DNA of 64,000 nucleotides from Alphaproteobacteria bacterium (GCA_035294245.1 DATGLG010000068.1:146766-210765), one strand, 5' to 3'; shown: positions 31,869 through 41,668, numbered from the stretch's first letter. A program made the numbers and translations. The notes: generated by a model from the letters alone, not told the origin.

Positions 31869-33077
31869 GTGAAGATCAAGGAAGCCCGCGTCATCATTAC
31901 CTGCCCCGGGCGGAATTTCGTCACCCTCAAGATCGTGACGGATGATGGGCTCCATGGGCTCGGCGATGCGACCTTGAACGGGCGCGAGCTCGCCGTCGCC
32001 GCCTATCTGAGCGAGCACGTGGTTCCTTGTCTCATCGGTCGCGACGCCGATCGGATCGAGGACATCTGGCAATATCTCTATCGCGGGGCTTACTGGCGGC
32101 GCGGGCCGGTGACGATGTCCGCCATCGCCGCCGTGGATACGGCGCTTTGGGACATCAAGGCCAAGGCCGCCAACATGCCCCTCTATCAGCTTCTCGGCGG
32201 CCGCAGCCGCGACGGCGTCATGGTCTATGGCCACGCCAATGGCACCGACATCGAGGCGTGCGTCGATGAGGTCGCGCGCTATATCGCGCTCGGCTATAAG
32301 GCCATCCGCGCGCAATGCGGGATTCCCGGCTTGGCCTCGACCTATGGCGTGGCGCGCAACAAGATGTATTACGAGCCGGCCGACGCGGCCCTGCCGACCG
32401 AGAACCTGTGGTCGACGGAGAAATACCTCGATTTCGTTCCGAGCCTGTTCGAGAGGCTGCGCGTGAAGTTCGGCGCGGAGCCGCATCTGCTCCATGACGC
32501 GCATCATCGGCTGAAGCCCATCGAGGCGGCGCGGCTCGGGAAGGCGCTCGAGCCCTACCGGCTCTTCTGGCTCGAGGACGTTACCCCCGCCGAGAACCAG
32601 GAAAGCTTCCGGCTGATCCGCCAGCACACCACCACTCCCCTCGCCGTCGGCGAGGTGTTCAACTCGATCCACGACTGCCGCGCGCTGATCGGCGAGCAGC
32701 TCATCGATTACATCCGGGCGACGGTCGTTCATGCCGGCGGGATCAGCCATATGCGCCGCATCGCGGCACTGGCCGAGCTCTACAATGTGCGGACGGGCAG
32801 CCACGGCGCCACCGATCTCTCGCCGGTCTGCATGGGCGCGGCACTGCATTTCGACATCTGGGTGCCGAATTTCGGCATCCAGGAATATATGCGGCATACC
32901 GAGGCGACGGATGCGGTCTTCCCCCATGCCTATTCCTTCAAGGACGGCTATCTCTTTCCCGGCGAGGCGCCTGGGCACGGGGTCGATATCGACGAGAAGC
33001 TCGCCGCGAGATTTCCGTATCGGCGGGCCTATCTGCCTGTCAATCGCCTCCTCGACGGCACCATGCATGATTGGTAG
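31869..33077 (+). CDS. manD: D-mannonate dehydratase of the enolase superfamily (ManD)
   Basis: GTG start. [47 protein letters not shown]... is the characteristic ManD N-terminus, with the enolase-superfamily barrel following. Confidence 0.85.
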   Translation: MKIKEARVIITCPGRNFVTLKIVTDDGLHGLGDATLNGRELAVAAYLSEHVVPCLIGRDADRIEDIWQYLYRGAYWRRGPVTMSAIAAVDTALWDIKAKAANMPLYQLLGGRSRDGVMVYGHANGTDIEACVDEVARYIALGYKAIRAQCGIPGLASTYGVARNKMYYEPADAALPTENLWSTEKYLDFVPSLFERLRVKFGAEPHLLHDAHHRLKPIEAARLGKALEPYRLFWLEDVTPAENQESFRLIRQHTTTPLAVGEVFNSIHDCRALIGEQLIDYIRATVVHAGGISHMRRIAALAELYNVRTGSHGATDLSPVCMGAALHFDIWVPNFGIQEYMRHTEATDAVFPHAYSFKDGYLFPGEAPGHGVDIDEKLAARFPYRRAYLPVNRLLDGTMHDW

Positions 33078-33090
33078 GAGCGGAGCCAGA

Positions 33091-34335
33091 ATGGTGGAGA
33101 TTCCGCGAACGATCGAGGAATGGCGCGCCTGGCTTGGCGACACGGTGCTGCCCTATTGGGTGGTGGTGGTGGCGGTGGCGTCCGAGCCCGCGGGTTATGT
33201 CGAGTATCTGACGCGCGACGGCGTGCGGGACGCGCGAGCTGAGAAGACGCCCCTCGTCACCGCCCGTCTGATTTATGTTTTCAGCCATGCCCATGTGCTT
33301 GGGCTCGGTCGCGATGTGCTCAAGGCTGCGGAGCACGGCTTCCGCTTTCTCGTCGAGCGCTGCTGGGATGCGCGTGACGGCGGATTCTTCCACAAGGTCG
33401 CCGCGGACGGCACACCCATCGATCGGCGCAAGGATGCCTACGATCACGCCTTCGCGCTCTTCGCCATGGCTTGGCTCCATCGCGCGACCAGGAGACGGGA
33501 GCCGCTCGATTGGGCCGCGCGAATCATCGCCTATATGGACGAAGCGCTCACCGATCCCACCGGCGGCTATCGCGAGCATATCGGGACCGGCGACCCGCAG
33601 CCGCTGCCGCGACGGCAAAATCCCCATATGCACCTGCTCGAGGCGTTTCACGCGCTCTTCGAGGCGACCGGCGATGAGGCTTGGCTTACGCTCGCAAGTG
33701 CAATCATCGATCTTTTCGAGCGGCATTTCTTCGATCGGGAGACGGGCAGTCTCGGCGAGTTCTTCACGGCCGATTGGCAACCGGCGCCCGGCGCCCTCGG
33801 GGTGTTGCGCGAGCCGGGACACCATTTCGAATGGGTTTGGCTGCTCCACCACCACGCGCGCCTCACAGGATCGGATGCCAGCTTGGTGGCCGCCGATCGC
33901 CTCTACCATTTCGCCCTTCGTCATGGCCTCGACAAGCGACCCGGCCGGATTCCCGCCGCGTTCGACGAGATCGACCGCATGGGCCGCCTGGTTACGGAGA
34001 GCAAGCTGCTGTGGCCTCAGACCGAGGCGGTCAAGGCCTTTCTCGCGCGCTGGGAATTTCTCGAGGACCGGGACGCCGCGCGGCGAGTCCTCGATCATAC
34101 AGTCCTGCTCTTCCGCTGGTTTCTCGTCGACGAGACGGCGCGCTGGCGAAACCGCCTCGCCGCCGACGGCCGCGAGATACCGGGCGAGCTGCCGGTGCGC
34201 GTCCTCTATCACCTCTTTCTCGGTCTCGCCGAGCTGGTTCGCCTGTGGCCGACGCTTCCGGCCGAAGAGCTGCGGCGGCTCGGTTCTTCGATCCGCGGGA
34301 GTAGCGCAGCCACGGCCTCGATGCTCCCGACATAG
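33091..34335 (+). CDS. N-acylglucosamine 2-epimerase (AGE) superfamily epimerase/isomerase
   Basis: ATG 33091 (MVEIPRTIEEW...), 414 aa, (alpha/alpha)6-barrel family motifs (...HMHLLEAF..., ...GHHFEWVWLL...). Coding part of ORF 32731..34335. Confidence 0.65.
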   Translation: MVEIPRTIEEWRAWLGDTVLPYWVVVVAVASEPAGYVEYLTRDGVRDARAEKTPLVTARLIYVFSHAHVLGLGRDVLKAAEHGFRFLVERCWDARDGGFFHKVAADGTPIDRRKDAYDHAFALFAMAWLHRATRRREPLDWAARIIAYMDEALTDPTGGYREHIGTGDPQPLPRRQNPHMHLLEAFHALFEATGDEAWLTLASAIIDLFERHFFDRETGSLGEFFTADWQPAPGALGVLREPGHHFEWVWLLHHHARLTGSDASLVAADRLYHFALRHGLDKRPGRIPAAFDEIDRMGRLVTESKLLWPQTEAVKAFLARWEFLEDRDAARRVLDHTVLLFRWFLVDETARWRNRLAADGREIPGELPVRVLYHLFLGLAELVRLWPTLPAEELRRLGSSIRGSSAATASMLPT

Positions 34336-34356
34336 AGCGAGGAAACAGGAGCGGCG

Positions 34357-35112
34357 ATGCCCATCCAACCCGTCGAGACCCAGCGATTGTACCAGCAGGC
34401 GGCCGACCAGATCCGCAGCCTGGTCCGGCGGGGCGAATATGCGCCGGGGGATCGTCTTCCCTCCGAGCGCGAGCTCGCGAAACGGCTCGGCGTCAGCCGC
34501 CCGACCGTACGCGAGGCGATGATCGCGCTGGAGATCGCCGGAATCATCGATATCCGCGCCGGCGCCGGCATCTTCGTTTCCGATCAGGCGACGCGCGATG
34601 TCCAGGCTTTGCTGCCGGCCCTCGATGCGGGCCCGAGCCCCTTCGATCTGCTCGCCGCGCGCCGGCTCCTCGAATGTGAGATCGCCGCCCAGGCGGCCGA
34701 GCAGGCGACCATCCGCGATCTGGCCGCGATCAAGGAAAGCATCGTGGAAATGGAGCGCGATATGGCCCGAGGCGGCTCGGGCCAGCGCGAGGACCGCCAA
34801 TTCCATGGCCTGATCGCCGGCGCAACCCGTAACAGCGTCTTCGTCTCACTCGTCGACGGCTTGTGGGAAGGCATGTCGGCGCCCCTCTTCCACAGCCTCA
34901 GCGCGCATACCCATCTTCCCGATCACAAGCAGATGACGATCGCCGATCACCGGGCGATCTATGAAGGACTGCGCAAGCGGGACGGTGCCGGCGCCCGAGC
35001 AGCGATGGCCGCGCACCTCGCCCATGTCGAGGCCGTCCTCACCGGCGCCGACGATCTCGCCATCCATCCCGAGCATGCCCCGGCGCGGCCACGGCGCCGC
35101 GACCAGAAATGA
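34357..35112 (+). CDS. GntR-family (FadR subfamily, FCD domain) transcriptional regulator, UxuR/ExuR-like by context
   Basis: N-terminal wHTH (GDRLPSERELAKRLGVSRPTVREAMIALE) plus a C-terminal FCD domain. Last gene of the hexuronate locus. Confidence 0.8.
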   Translation: MPIQPVETQRLYQQAADQIRSLVRRGEYAPGDRLPSERELAKRLGVSRPTVREAMIALEIAGIIDIRAGAGIFVSDQATRDVQALLPALDAGPSPFDLLAARRLLECEIAAQAAEQATIRDLAAIKESIVEMERDMARGGSGQREDRQFHGLIAGATRNSVFVSLVDGLWEGMSAPLFHSLSAHTHLPDHKQMTIADHRAIYEGLRKRDGAGARAAMAAHLAHVEAVLTGADDLAIHPEHAPARPRRRDQK

Positions 35113-35186
35113 TCTCCCGATGCGTCTTGCGTCGCGGGCTAATGCCCACTATCTCCAGGCTGGTCGAGGCAAGCGCCCATTAGGGC

Positions 35187-35420
35187 ATGGTCGGGATGAT
35201 GGCTGAAGGACGGCGTTCCTATTGGGTCGTGGGGGGCGAATACCGGGACCCGAACCGCTACGAGACCGTGATCGGCGAGGAGACCTGGCTCGGGCCGTTT
35301 GCGAGCAAGGACGAAGCCCATAAGGTCTGGAAGGAATGGGCGTGGAAGACCGTCGACAACGCGCAAATACGCTACCGTGTCGTCGAGGGCGCAGGCCCGC
35401 GCGCGAAAGCGCGACCCTGA
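35187..35420 (+). CDS. Small conserved alphaproteobacterial protein, DUF4170-like
   Basis: 77 aa (...WVVGGEYRDPN..TVIGEETWLGPFASKDEAHKVWKEWAWKTVDNAQIRYRVV), recalled from memory as resembling the DUF4170 family. Exact start (35187, 35196 or 35199) is uncertain. Confidence 0.45.
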   Translation: MVGMMAEGRRSYWVVGGEYRDPNRYETVIGEETWLGPFASKDEAHKVWKEWAWKTVDNAQIRYRVVEGAGPRAKARP

Positions 35421-35435
35421 TGATGTCGGCGCCGG

Positions 35436-36095
35436 CTATTTCGAGGCTTGGAGCTGAGTGAGCTTCGCCTGCACCTCGGCGATCAGCCCGTCGATTCCCT
35501 GCCGGGCGATCACCGAATCGACGGCGTCGCGAATCGTCACGGCCATGCTGACGCCTTGAACGAAGGCGTCGACGACTTTCGGCTCCCCGTCCACCTCGCG
35601 TACGCGCCATCCCACGACGAAGGGCTGGCCATCGCCGAGCTGGACGCTCGTCTCCACCAGCCTGTCCGTGTCGCCGGCGGGGCGGCTGCCAACCACGATG
35701 AAGTTCCTCACCTCGTTGACCTTGAAGGACGAGAGCGTCCGTGTGGCGACCTCGAGGGCGTAATTCGGGAGCAGGGACATGAGCTCCCGCCGCTGCGCCG
35801 CGGTCGCCTCGCTCCAATGGCGGCCGAGGACGAAACGGGTGCCGCCGTCAAGATCGAAGCTCTTGCGGAGGAGCGCCTCGAGCGCGGCGCGATGGCGGGC
35901 GTCATGCCGCTGGTGATAGGCGCCGGCCAAGCTGATCACGCGCTCGCCGACGGTCTTCACGAAATTCTCGACCTCGGCTTGCCCCATCGGGGCCGCGAAC
36001 GCAGTCGGGCTCGCCAAACCTGCGGCGCTCACCAACACAAGAAACCACAGCGCAAGCCGCATCAACGCCTCCGAGCTGCCACAACGCCGTCGCAC
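35436..36095 (-). CDS. MlaC/Ttg2D-family periplasmic lipid-binding protein (ABC-transport auxiliary component), orphan
   Basis: Signal peptide followed by an MlaC-like core (…FVLGRHWSEATAAQRREL…). The start is probably MRLALWF at 36062. Confidence 0.6.
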   Translation of the reverse strand: MRRRCGSSEALMRLALWFLVLVSAAGLASPTAFAAPMGQAEVENFVKTVGERVISLAGAYHQRHDARHRAALEALLRKSFDLDGGTRFVLGRHWSEATAAQRRELMSLLPNYALEVATRTLSSFKVNEVRNFIVVGSRPAGDTDRLVETSVQLGDGQPFVVGWRVREVDGEPKVVDAFVQGVSMAVTIRDAVDSVIARQGIDGLIAEVQAKLTQLQASK

Positions 36096-36144
36096 AACTT
36101 TATATATGCTCGTTCAGCTATCGAAAATGCGTTAATATGCGGCT

Positions 36145-36627
36145 ATGATGCGCTGCCGGTGCTCGTGGCCGTTCCGCCGTCTCCATCGTGATGATTCCAC
36201 CGTCATGGACATGGTATGGGATGCGCGCCCGCTTCGGCGAAGGAGCGCAGCCGCAGCCAAGCGATATGCTTGCGCGAGGCGCGTCGCCGCGTCGTCCCTC
36301 GTCGCGCTTGCTCTTGCATCTTGCATGAGTATTACAGCGCCAGATCCACGGCGAGCGCCGCCGAGTGCCGCCCTTCCACGCACGATCGGGCCCGACGATG
36401 TCGCCGCCTGCAGCGCGGAGCTCTACGCCTATGTCAGCGTTGGGGCCCTCGCGGAGCAGCTGGGTCCGGATGCCGATGTCTTCGATGCCGCGCTCAACGA
36501 CCTGCACGACCAGTTGCAGGACTGCCTCACGGCGCCGGCCGGTGATCTCTTGGACGTGAAATGGACCCCGCGGGCTGATCGGCAGCGGCTTTGGTCGCCG
36601 AAGGACGGCGTCGTCAATTATCGTTGA
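36145..36627 (+). CDS. Hypothetical protein, probable lipoprotein (LALASC lipobox)
   Basis: ORF preceded by an unusually AT-rich segment (36100-36140). Start is uncertain (36145 or 36205). No recognisable domain. Confidence 0.35.
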   Translation: MMRCRCSWPFRRLHRDDSTVMDMVWDARPLRRRSAAAAKRYACARRVAASSLVALALASCMSITAPDPRRAPPSAALPRTIGPDDVAACSAELYAYVSVGALAEQLGPDADVFDAALNDLHDQLQDCLTAPAGDLLDVKWTPRADRQRLWSPKDGVVNYR

Positions 36628-36660
36628 GCGCGTTGTCCGCGAACGATAACCGTCGTCGCA

Positions 36661-37143
36661 TCAGGCACCGCTCAGGAATGCCGCGACCTCGGGGTGGGAT
36701 TTGAGCTCTCGCAGGTCCTCATTGGACGGCAATTGAGGTTTATCCCTCATCGCATTGACCATGCAGAGAAATCCAAGAGGCTCGCCGGCCGTCGCGCGGA
36801 ACTGGTGCCAGGTCCATGCGGGAATCGTGATGAGATCGTAAGTCCCCACGTTCTGAACCGTGTCGCCGATCAGGCAGTGGCCGCGGCCGCGGAAGATCAT
36901 GACCGCGTGCGTATGCTCGTGGCGCTCCAGAGAGGAGTAGCCGCCGGCCTCCATCTCGAAATAGCGCAGCTCGCAACCGAAGTCGGCGCCCGCGAACAAC
37001 ACCTGCCGCGAAATGGCCTTGAACGGCGCGCTGCCCTCCTCCTTGTAGGGGAGGCGATCCGTCGCCTCCCACCGGTAATTCTGGAAGCGACGCAGACGCG
37101 CGGCTGCTGGCGCGGCCGCATCCATCGGCTTGCCCTTATGCAT
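36661..37143 (-). CDS. Cupin-domain protein
   Basis: 160 aa with cupin motifs (…LERHEHTHAVMIFRGRGH… / …TIPAWTWHQF…). Overlaps the RLP gene by 8 nt. Confidence 0.65.
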   Translation of the reverse strand: MHKGKPMDAAAPAAARLRRFQNYRWEATDRLPYKEEGSAPFKAISRQVLFAGADFGCELRYFEMEAGGYSSLERHEHTHAVMIFRGRGHCLIGDTVQNVGTYDLITIPAWTWHQFRATAGEPLGFLCMVNAMRDKPQLPSNEDLRELKSHPEVAAFLSGA

Positions 37144-38242
37144 GTGCCCTCATCACGGCAGCCCCTTGGGCGACGCGGGCCACGAAGGCCGCTGTTTCCG
37201 CTGTCAGGCGCTCGCACGCAGCGAGCAGCCCTCCGCCGATCAGCAACATTACATCGGCACCATAGAAGTCAAGCATCTCCGGCACCCGCGCGACGGTCAT
37301 GCCCCCCGCCGGCACCGGCACGCATGCGCGCTTGTCGGCCCAGGGCTCGACGGCCGCCAGCGCCAATCTCCGGCAGGTTTCCGGCGTATAGCCGAAGCGG
37401 CCCCCATGATTGGGGAAGATCGTGGCGTCGGCTCCCAGCAAACGAAAGAGCTTGCCGAGTAGAAGCGGCGGCGCCAGGCGCGCCGCGCCCGCCATCGCCG
37501 GATGGGCCATGAACGCCATGCCCGGATATTCGCGCACCAGCGCATCGAAAGCGGGAAGGCCCACGATCATGGGCGCGATGAGGACCGTATCGACCCCGGC
37601 CTCCCGCGCTATCGCCATCTGCGCACGCAGCCGGTCCAGGTTGCCCGACAGGCTCGGGACGTAGCGGGTGGCATGCCCGGTCGCGCGATTGGCCTCGCGC
37701 ACGGCAGCGGCGCAGGCGTGCACCCGCTCGGCGAAGGGGCTGTAGGCCTGGTCGGCCAGGCCGTGATCATCCTTGATGTAATCGAGCCCGCCGCGGGCGA
37801 GCCGGCCGGCCAACTCTGCCAGCGCTGCGGGCGGCAGACCCTGGGGCTTCAAGGCCGAGCAAGTCATGGCGCGTCCTTCGGCACCGACCCGTTGACGCAA
37901 ACCGGTGAGGCCATGGCAGGGGCCACCGAAGGCCGCAAGCAGCTCCACAGAGAAGACGACATCGGCGAGCGTCACATCGTCGTGGATCGAGGTGTTGCCG
38001 AACAGCATGTTCATGAGCTGCCCGGCCTCGAGCCCCGTGGTCGCAGTGGCGATGCCGATGCGGACTTCGAACAGTCCCGCTGCAATCTCCTCGATACCCT
38101 CGACACGGCCGATGATTTCTGCGAGCACGAAGCGATCCTCGATCGCCGCGACGGGCATTTCGACGCTTTGCTCGACCGCGATGGCGCGGGCGCGCGCCTC
38201 AATCGATCCCGCCTCGCTGCGAACCCGATAGATCGCCGTCAT
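37136..38242 (-). CDS. RuBisCO large-subunit-like protein (form IV RLP)
   Basis: Preferred start 38240-38242 (MTAIYRVRS...), 368 aa. The RuBisCO loop motif G-L-D-Y-I-K-D-D-H aligns to GxDFxKDDE, with E replaced by H. TIM-barrel C-terminal domain. ORF 37136..38560 has an Arg-rich, non-coding-looking in-frame leader. Confidence 0.75.
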   Translation of the reverse strand: MTAIYRVRSEAGSIEARARAIAVEQSVEMPVAAIEDRFVLAEIIGRVEGIEEIAAGLFEVRIGIATATTGLEAGQLMNMLFGNTSIHDDVTLADVVFSVELLAAFGGPCHGLTGLRQRVGAEGRAMTCSALKPQGLPPAALAELAGRLARGGLDYIKDDHGLADQAYSPFAERVHACAAAVREANRATGHATRYVPSLSGNLDRLRAQMAIAREAGVDTVLIAPMIVGLPAFDALVREYPGMAFMAHPAMAGAARLAPPLLLGKLFRLLGADATIFPNHGGRFGYTPETCRRLALAAVEPWADKRACVPVPAGGMTVARVPEMLDFYGADVMLLIGGGLLAACERLTAETAAFVARVAQGAAVMRAHA

Positions 38243-38267
38243 GCGCGAGGTCACGGCCTCTTCTCCC

Positions 38268-39287
38268 TCACGCCTGAGGCGCGCCTGCGCCGGCCGCGGA
38301 TTTCCTCGGGCGCGCAAAATACGGGGCGAGATTGGCGCGGATGCGCTCGAGCACCGGAACCCGCGGGTCGGGAAGCGGAAACGCCTCGCCGGTAATCCGC
38401 TCGAACACGCTGACGTAGATGCGGGCGGCTTCGAGGATGATCTCGCGCGGGATCTCCGGGATCGGGTCCCGGTAGGGATCGCAACGGGCGACGACCCAGC
38501 TGCGCACAAAGTCCTTGTCGAAGCTCTCCGGCTTCTCGCCGGCGGCGAACCGGCGCCCATAGCTCGCGGCGAACCAATAGCGGCTGCTGTCGGGCGTATG
38601 GACCTCGTCGGCGAGGATGATGCGGCCGACGTCGTCGAAGCCGAACTCGTATTTGGTATCGACGAGGATGAGGCCGTGGCGTTCCGCGATCTCGCGGCCG
38701 CGCGCGAAGAGCGCCAACGCCAGATCGCACGCGGTCCGCCATTGCGCCGCCGTGAGCAATCGGCGGCCGATGATGTCCTCCGCCGTCAGCGGCTCGTCAT
38801 GCCCGCCATCGGCCGCCTTCGTCGTCGGCGTGATGATGGTGGCCGGAAGCTTCTGGTTCTCGCGCATGCTGTCGGGGAAGCGGACGCCGTACATCTCGCG
38901 CCGGCCCGCCTTGTACATGCTCCAGATCGAGGTGGCGGTGGTCCCCGCCAGGTAGTCGCGCACGACGACTTCTACGGGGAAGATGCTCAGCCGCCGGCAC
39001 ACGACGACGTTGGGATCGGGGTACTCGATGACGTGGTTGGGGCAGACGTCCTGCGTCGCCTCGAACCAGAAGCGGGCGATTTGCGTCAGCACTTGTCCCT
39101 TGAGGGGGATCGCGGTGAGGATGCGATCGAAGGCGCTCAGCCGGTCGCTCGCGATAAGAATGCGCCGCCCGTCCGGAAGGTCGTAATTATGCCGCACCTT
39201 GCCGCGATAGTGGCCGGGAAGCTCGGGAATGGTGGCGTCCCAAAGCGCCTGGTCGGCATAACGCGCGAGATCGGCCGTTGCGAGCAT
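38268..39287 (-). CDS. SAICAR-synthetase (PurC) family ATP-grasp-like ligase, long form
   Basis: 339 aa. Contains DRLSAFD, …QIARFWFE…, [11 protein letters not shown] and [12 protein letters not shown], which are the classical PurC motifs. About 30-aa C-terminal extension. 25 nt upstream of the RLP. Confidence 0.75.
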   Translation of the reverse strand: MLATADLARYADQALWDATIPELPGHYRGKVRHNYDLPDGRRILIASDRLSAFDRILTAIPLKGQVLTQIARFWFEATQDVCPNHVIEYPDPNVVVCRRLSIFPVEVVVRDYLAGTTATSIWSMYKAGRREMYGVRFPDSMRENQKLPATIITPTTKAADGGHDEPLTAEDIIGRRLLTAAQWRTACDLALALFARGREIAERHGLILVDTKYEFGFDDVGRIILADEVHTPDSSRYWFAASYGRRFAAGEKPESFDKDFVRSWVVARCDPYRDPIPEIPREIILEAARIYVSVFERITGEAFPLPDPRVPVLERIRANLAPYFARPRKSAAGAGAPQA

Positions 39288-39385
39288 CGGATCGTCCGGT
39301 CGTCAGCAATCCTCCCTGGTAGCTTTACATCGGGTGAGCGCCGATGGCCAGAGCGAGCATTTTGGCTCGGATGAGCCGGTGGAGG

Positions 39386-40195
39386 CTAAGCGTGAGGTTT
39401 CTCCTCGACCTGGGGCGCAGACGCCGCGGGCCGCATCGCCGCGGTGCTCACATACCAGAAGGTCTCGCCCTTGCGCTGGTGGCGCGTCGCCTCGAGGCCG
39501 CGAGATTGCAGGGATGACACCGTCGCGGACTCCGTCGAGTAGATACGCCATCCGGAATCCGCGGGCGGGCTCGCCTGGGCATGCCGCGATTCTTGCAGGG
39601 CGGCAAGGAGGCGCGAGCTCTCGGGACGATGAATGACGAAGCCCTCGCCCGTCGGGGCGGCGACATCGATCTCCAGCAAGCGGCAAAGGTGGCGCTTGCG
39701 CGGCGCGTCCTCCCGATCGGCCCGGCGAAAGGCTTCGACGAGCGCCCGGGTTTCTCCATCGGTGATATCGCCTGCCGAGGAGGGCGATGCCGCGGCTCGC
39801 CAGGCCTCCGGCGGGCAACTCTTGGCGCGCGCATCGAAAACCATGAACGGGTTGATCTCCGCCGGATAGATGCGGCAAACCCGCGGCCTCCGCTCATAAA
39901 TCCGGCAGCGCAGATCGTCACCCAGGTTCCGGCAGTTGCCGGAGACCATGCCGATCAACACAACGGTCACGCGGATCGGCGAGCCGCCGCAGGTCGCGGC
40001 AAAGGAGCGGCCCTTGGTGTAGGCGGCGCGGCGATCCTGCGCATCCGGCTCCGTCGACCAATCGGCGGCTTCGCAAAGAACACAGACCTCGCCGCCATCC
40101 TCGATCCAGGCGATCGCCTCGTCGATGCAAAGCGGAAGATTGTGGTCGCGGCAGCATTTGCCGCACATCGTGCACGAGAAATTCACGTCGCCCAT
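39386..40195 (-). CDS. YkgJ/UPF0153-family cysteine-cluster protein (putative Zn/Fe-chelating CxxCGxCC domain) with a ~120-aa C-terminal extension
   Basis: N-terminus MGDVNFSCTMCGKCCRDHNLPL…CRIYERRPRVCRIYP matches the YkgJ Cys pattern. Confidence 0.6.
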   Translation of the reverse strand: MGDVNFSCTMCGKCCRDHNLPLCIDEAIAWIEDGGEVCVLCEAADWSTEPDAQDRRAAYTKGRSFAATCGGSPIRVTVVLIGMVSGNCRNLGDDLRCRIYERRPRVCRIYPAEINPFMVFDARAKSCPPEAWRAAASPSSAGDITDGETRALVEAFRRADREDAPRKRHLCRLLEIDVAAPTGEGFVIHRPESSRLLAALQESRHAQASPPADSGWRIYSTESATVSSLQSRGLEATRHQRKGETFWYVSTAAMRPAASAPQVEEKPHA

Positions 40196-40366
40196 CGAGT
40201 CGCCACGCGCGCAGCGTTATTTCACTGCTGCGTGGTTAACAACTCGTTCACGATAAAAATTCCCCCCTTCCGCCCGTTGGCATGTATTCGGCGGGTTCCG
40301 GCACCGCGGCGACATGGTCGTCGAGGAGGCGCTCCGCCCAGCGCGACGAAGCGCCCCTTCGGCATG

Positions 40367-41668
40367 CTAGGCACGGACGGCGACGGCCTCTGCCCCCGAA
40401 CTCTGGCCGACCCAGCGAACGCGAATGGGCTTGAGGACGAACAGGGCCAGGAGTGCGGTCAGGGCGTCGAGGGCGACGACGATGATGAACACGGAGGTCC
40501 AATTCCCCGCAACGACGCGCAGATAGGCCGCGAGGGGACCGCCCAGGATCGAGCCGACGCCTTGGGCGATATAGAGGAACCCGTAATTCGTGGTAGCGTA
40601 TTTCGGGCCGAAGAGATCCGTGAGAGTCGATGGGAAGAGCGAGAAGATCTCGCCCCAGCCGAAGAAGACCAGCCCGGTGAGCACGACGAAGATCGCGGGA
40701 TTGCTGGCGAAGACCAGCAGCATCAGGATTGCCGCCGCCTCCAGCGCGAAGGCGATGAACATAGTGTTCTCCCGCCCGATGTGATCCGAGACCCAGCCGA
40801 AGAACGGCCGCGTCAGGCCATTGGTCGCCCGCGACAGGGTGAGCGAGAGGGGAAGCGCCGCCAGCCCGAGCACGAGCGCTGTGCTCACGCCGAAATCCTT
40901 CGCGAAGGGGCCGACCTGCGAGGTCACCATCAAGCCGCTCGTCGACATCATCGACATCATGACGAAGAGCAGCCAGAAGACCGGGGAGCGGAGCATCTCG
41001 CCCGGCGTGTAGCTGCGCCGGGATTGGCGGTCGACCTGCTTGTGGGCGACCGAATGGGGTGGGGTGGCGGGGCTCCAGCCGCTCGCCGGAACGCGCAGCC
41101 ATTGCGCGACGATGATGCCGATGATCCCCTGGATGAATCCCCACACCAAGAGTGTCTTCTCGAGCCCCGAGCTCGGCAGCATGCTCGAGATGGGAAAGGT
41201 GGTGAGGATGGCGCCAGCGCCATAGCCCGCGGCCGCCAGTCCGGCGGCGAAGCCGCGGCGATCGGGGAACCATTTCACCATCAGGCCGATGATCCCCACA
41301 TAGACGATCCCGGTGCCGAAGCCGCCGATGACCCCATAGGTAATATAGAGCGCCCAAATGCTCGTCACATGAGACGAGAGTATCCAGCCGGCCGCGGACA
41401 TCGTCGTCCCCACGGTGATGAGGAGACGCGGGCCGAAGCGATCGACGAGATAGGCTTGAAGCGGCGAGAGAAAGGTCTGAAGCACGATAAGAAGCGAGAA
41501 CGTCACCTGGATCGCCGCCAGGCCGGCCCCGAGCTTCTGGCCGAAGGGCTGGACGAAAAGGGTCCAGACATATTGCGGACTGGAAATGACCATCATCGAA
41601 AGGAAGCCTAGCCCGAGCTGGCTCCAGCGATTCCAATACCATCCGCGGTGTTGAGGTGCTGCGGACAT
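40367..41668 (-). CDS. MFS transporter, oxalate:formate antiporter (OFA) family
   Basis: 433 aa, 12 TM. OxlT-like N-terminus (MSAAPQHRGWYWNRWSQLGLGFLSMMVISSPQYVWTLF...). Confidence 0.8.
   Translation of the reverse strand: MSAAPQHRGWYWNRWSQLGLGFLSMMVISSPQYVWTLFVQPFGQKLGAGLAAIQVTFSLLIVLQTFLSPLQAYLVDRFGPRLLITVGTTMSAAGWILSSHVTSIWALYITYGVIGGFGTGIVYVGIIGLMVKWFPDRRGFAAGLAAAGYGAGAILTTFPISSMLPSSGLEKTLLVWGFIQGIIGIIVAQWLRVPASGWSPATPPHSVAHKQVDRQSRRSYTPGEMLRSPVFWLLFVMMSMMSTSGLMVTSQVGPFAKDFGVSTALVLGLAALPLSLTLSRATNGLTRPFFGWVSDHIGRENTMFIAFALEAAAILMLLVFASNPAIFVVLTGLVFFGWGEIFSLFPSTLTDLFGPKYATTNYGFLYIAQGVGSILGGPLAAYLRVVAGNWTSVFIIVVALDALTALLALFVLKPIRVRWVGQSSGAEAVAVRA

Noticed and set aside
30888-34806. Long minus-strand ORFs (30888..33143, 33040..34806) antisense to manD, the AGE gene and the permeases
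   Set aside because: GC-driven open frames. The plus-strand genes have clear family motifs and operon punctuation (ATGA overlaps, RBS).
35112-35187. Possible stem-loop (ATGCCC … GGGCAT, ~38-nt loop) between the GntR regulator and the DUF4170-like gene
   Set aside because: Only a 6-bp match with a long loop. Too weak to call a terminator or regulatory element.
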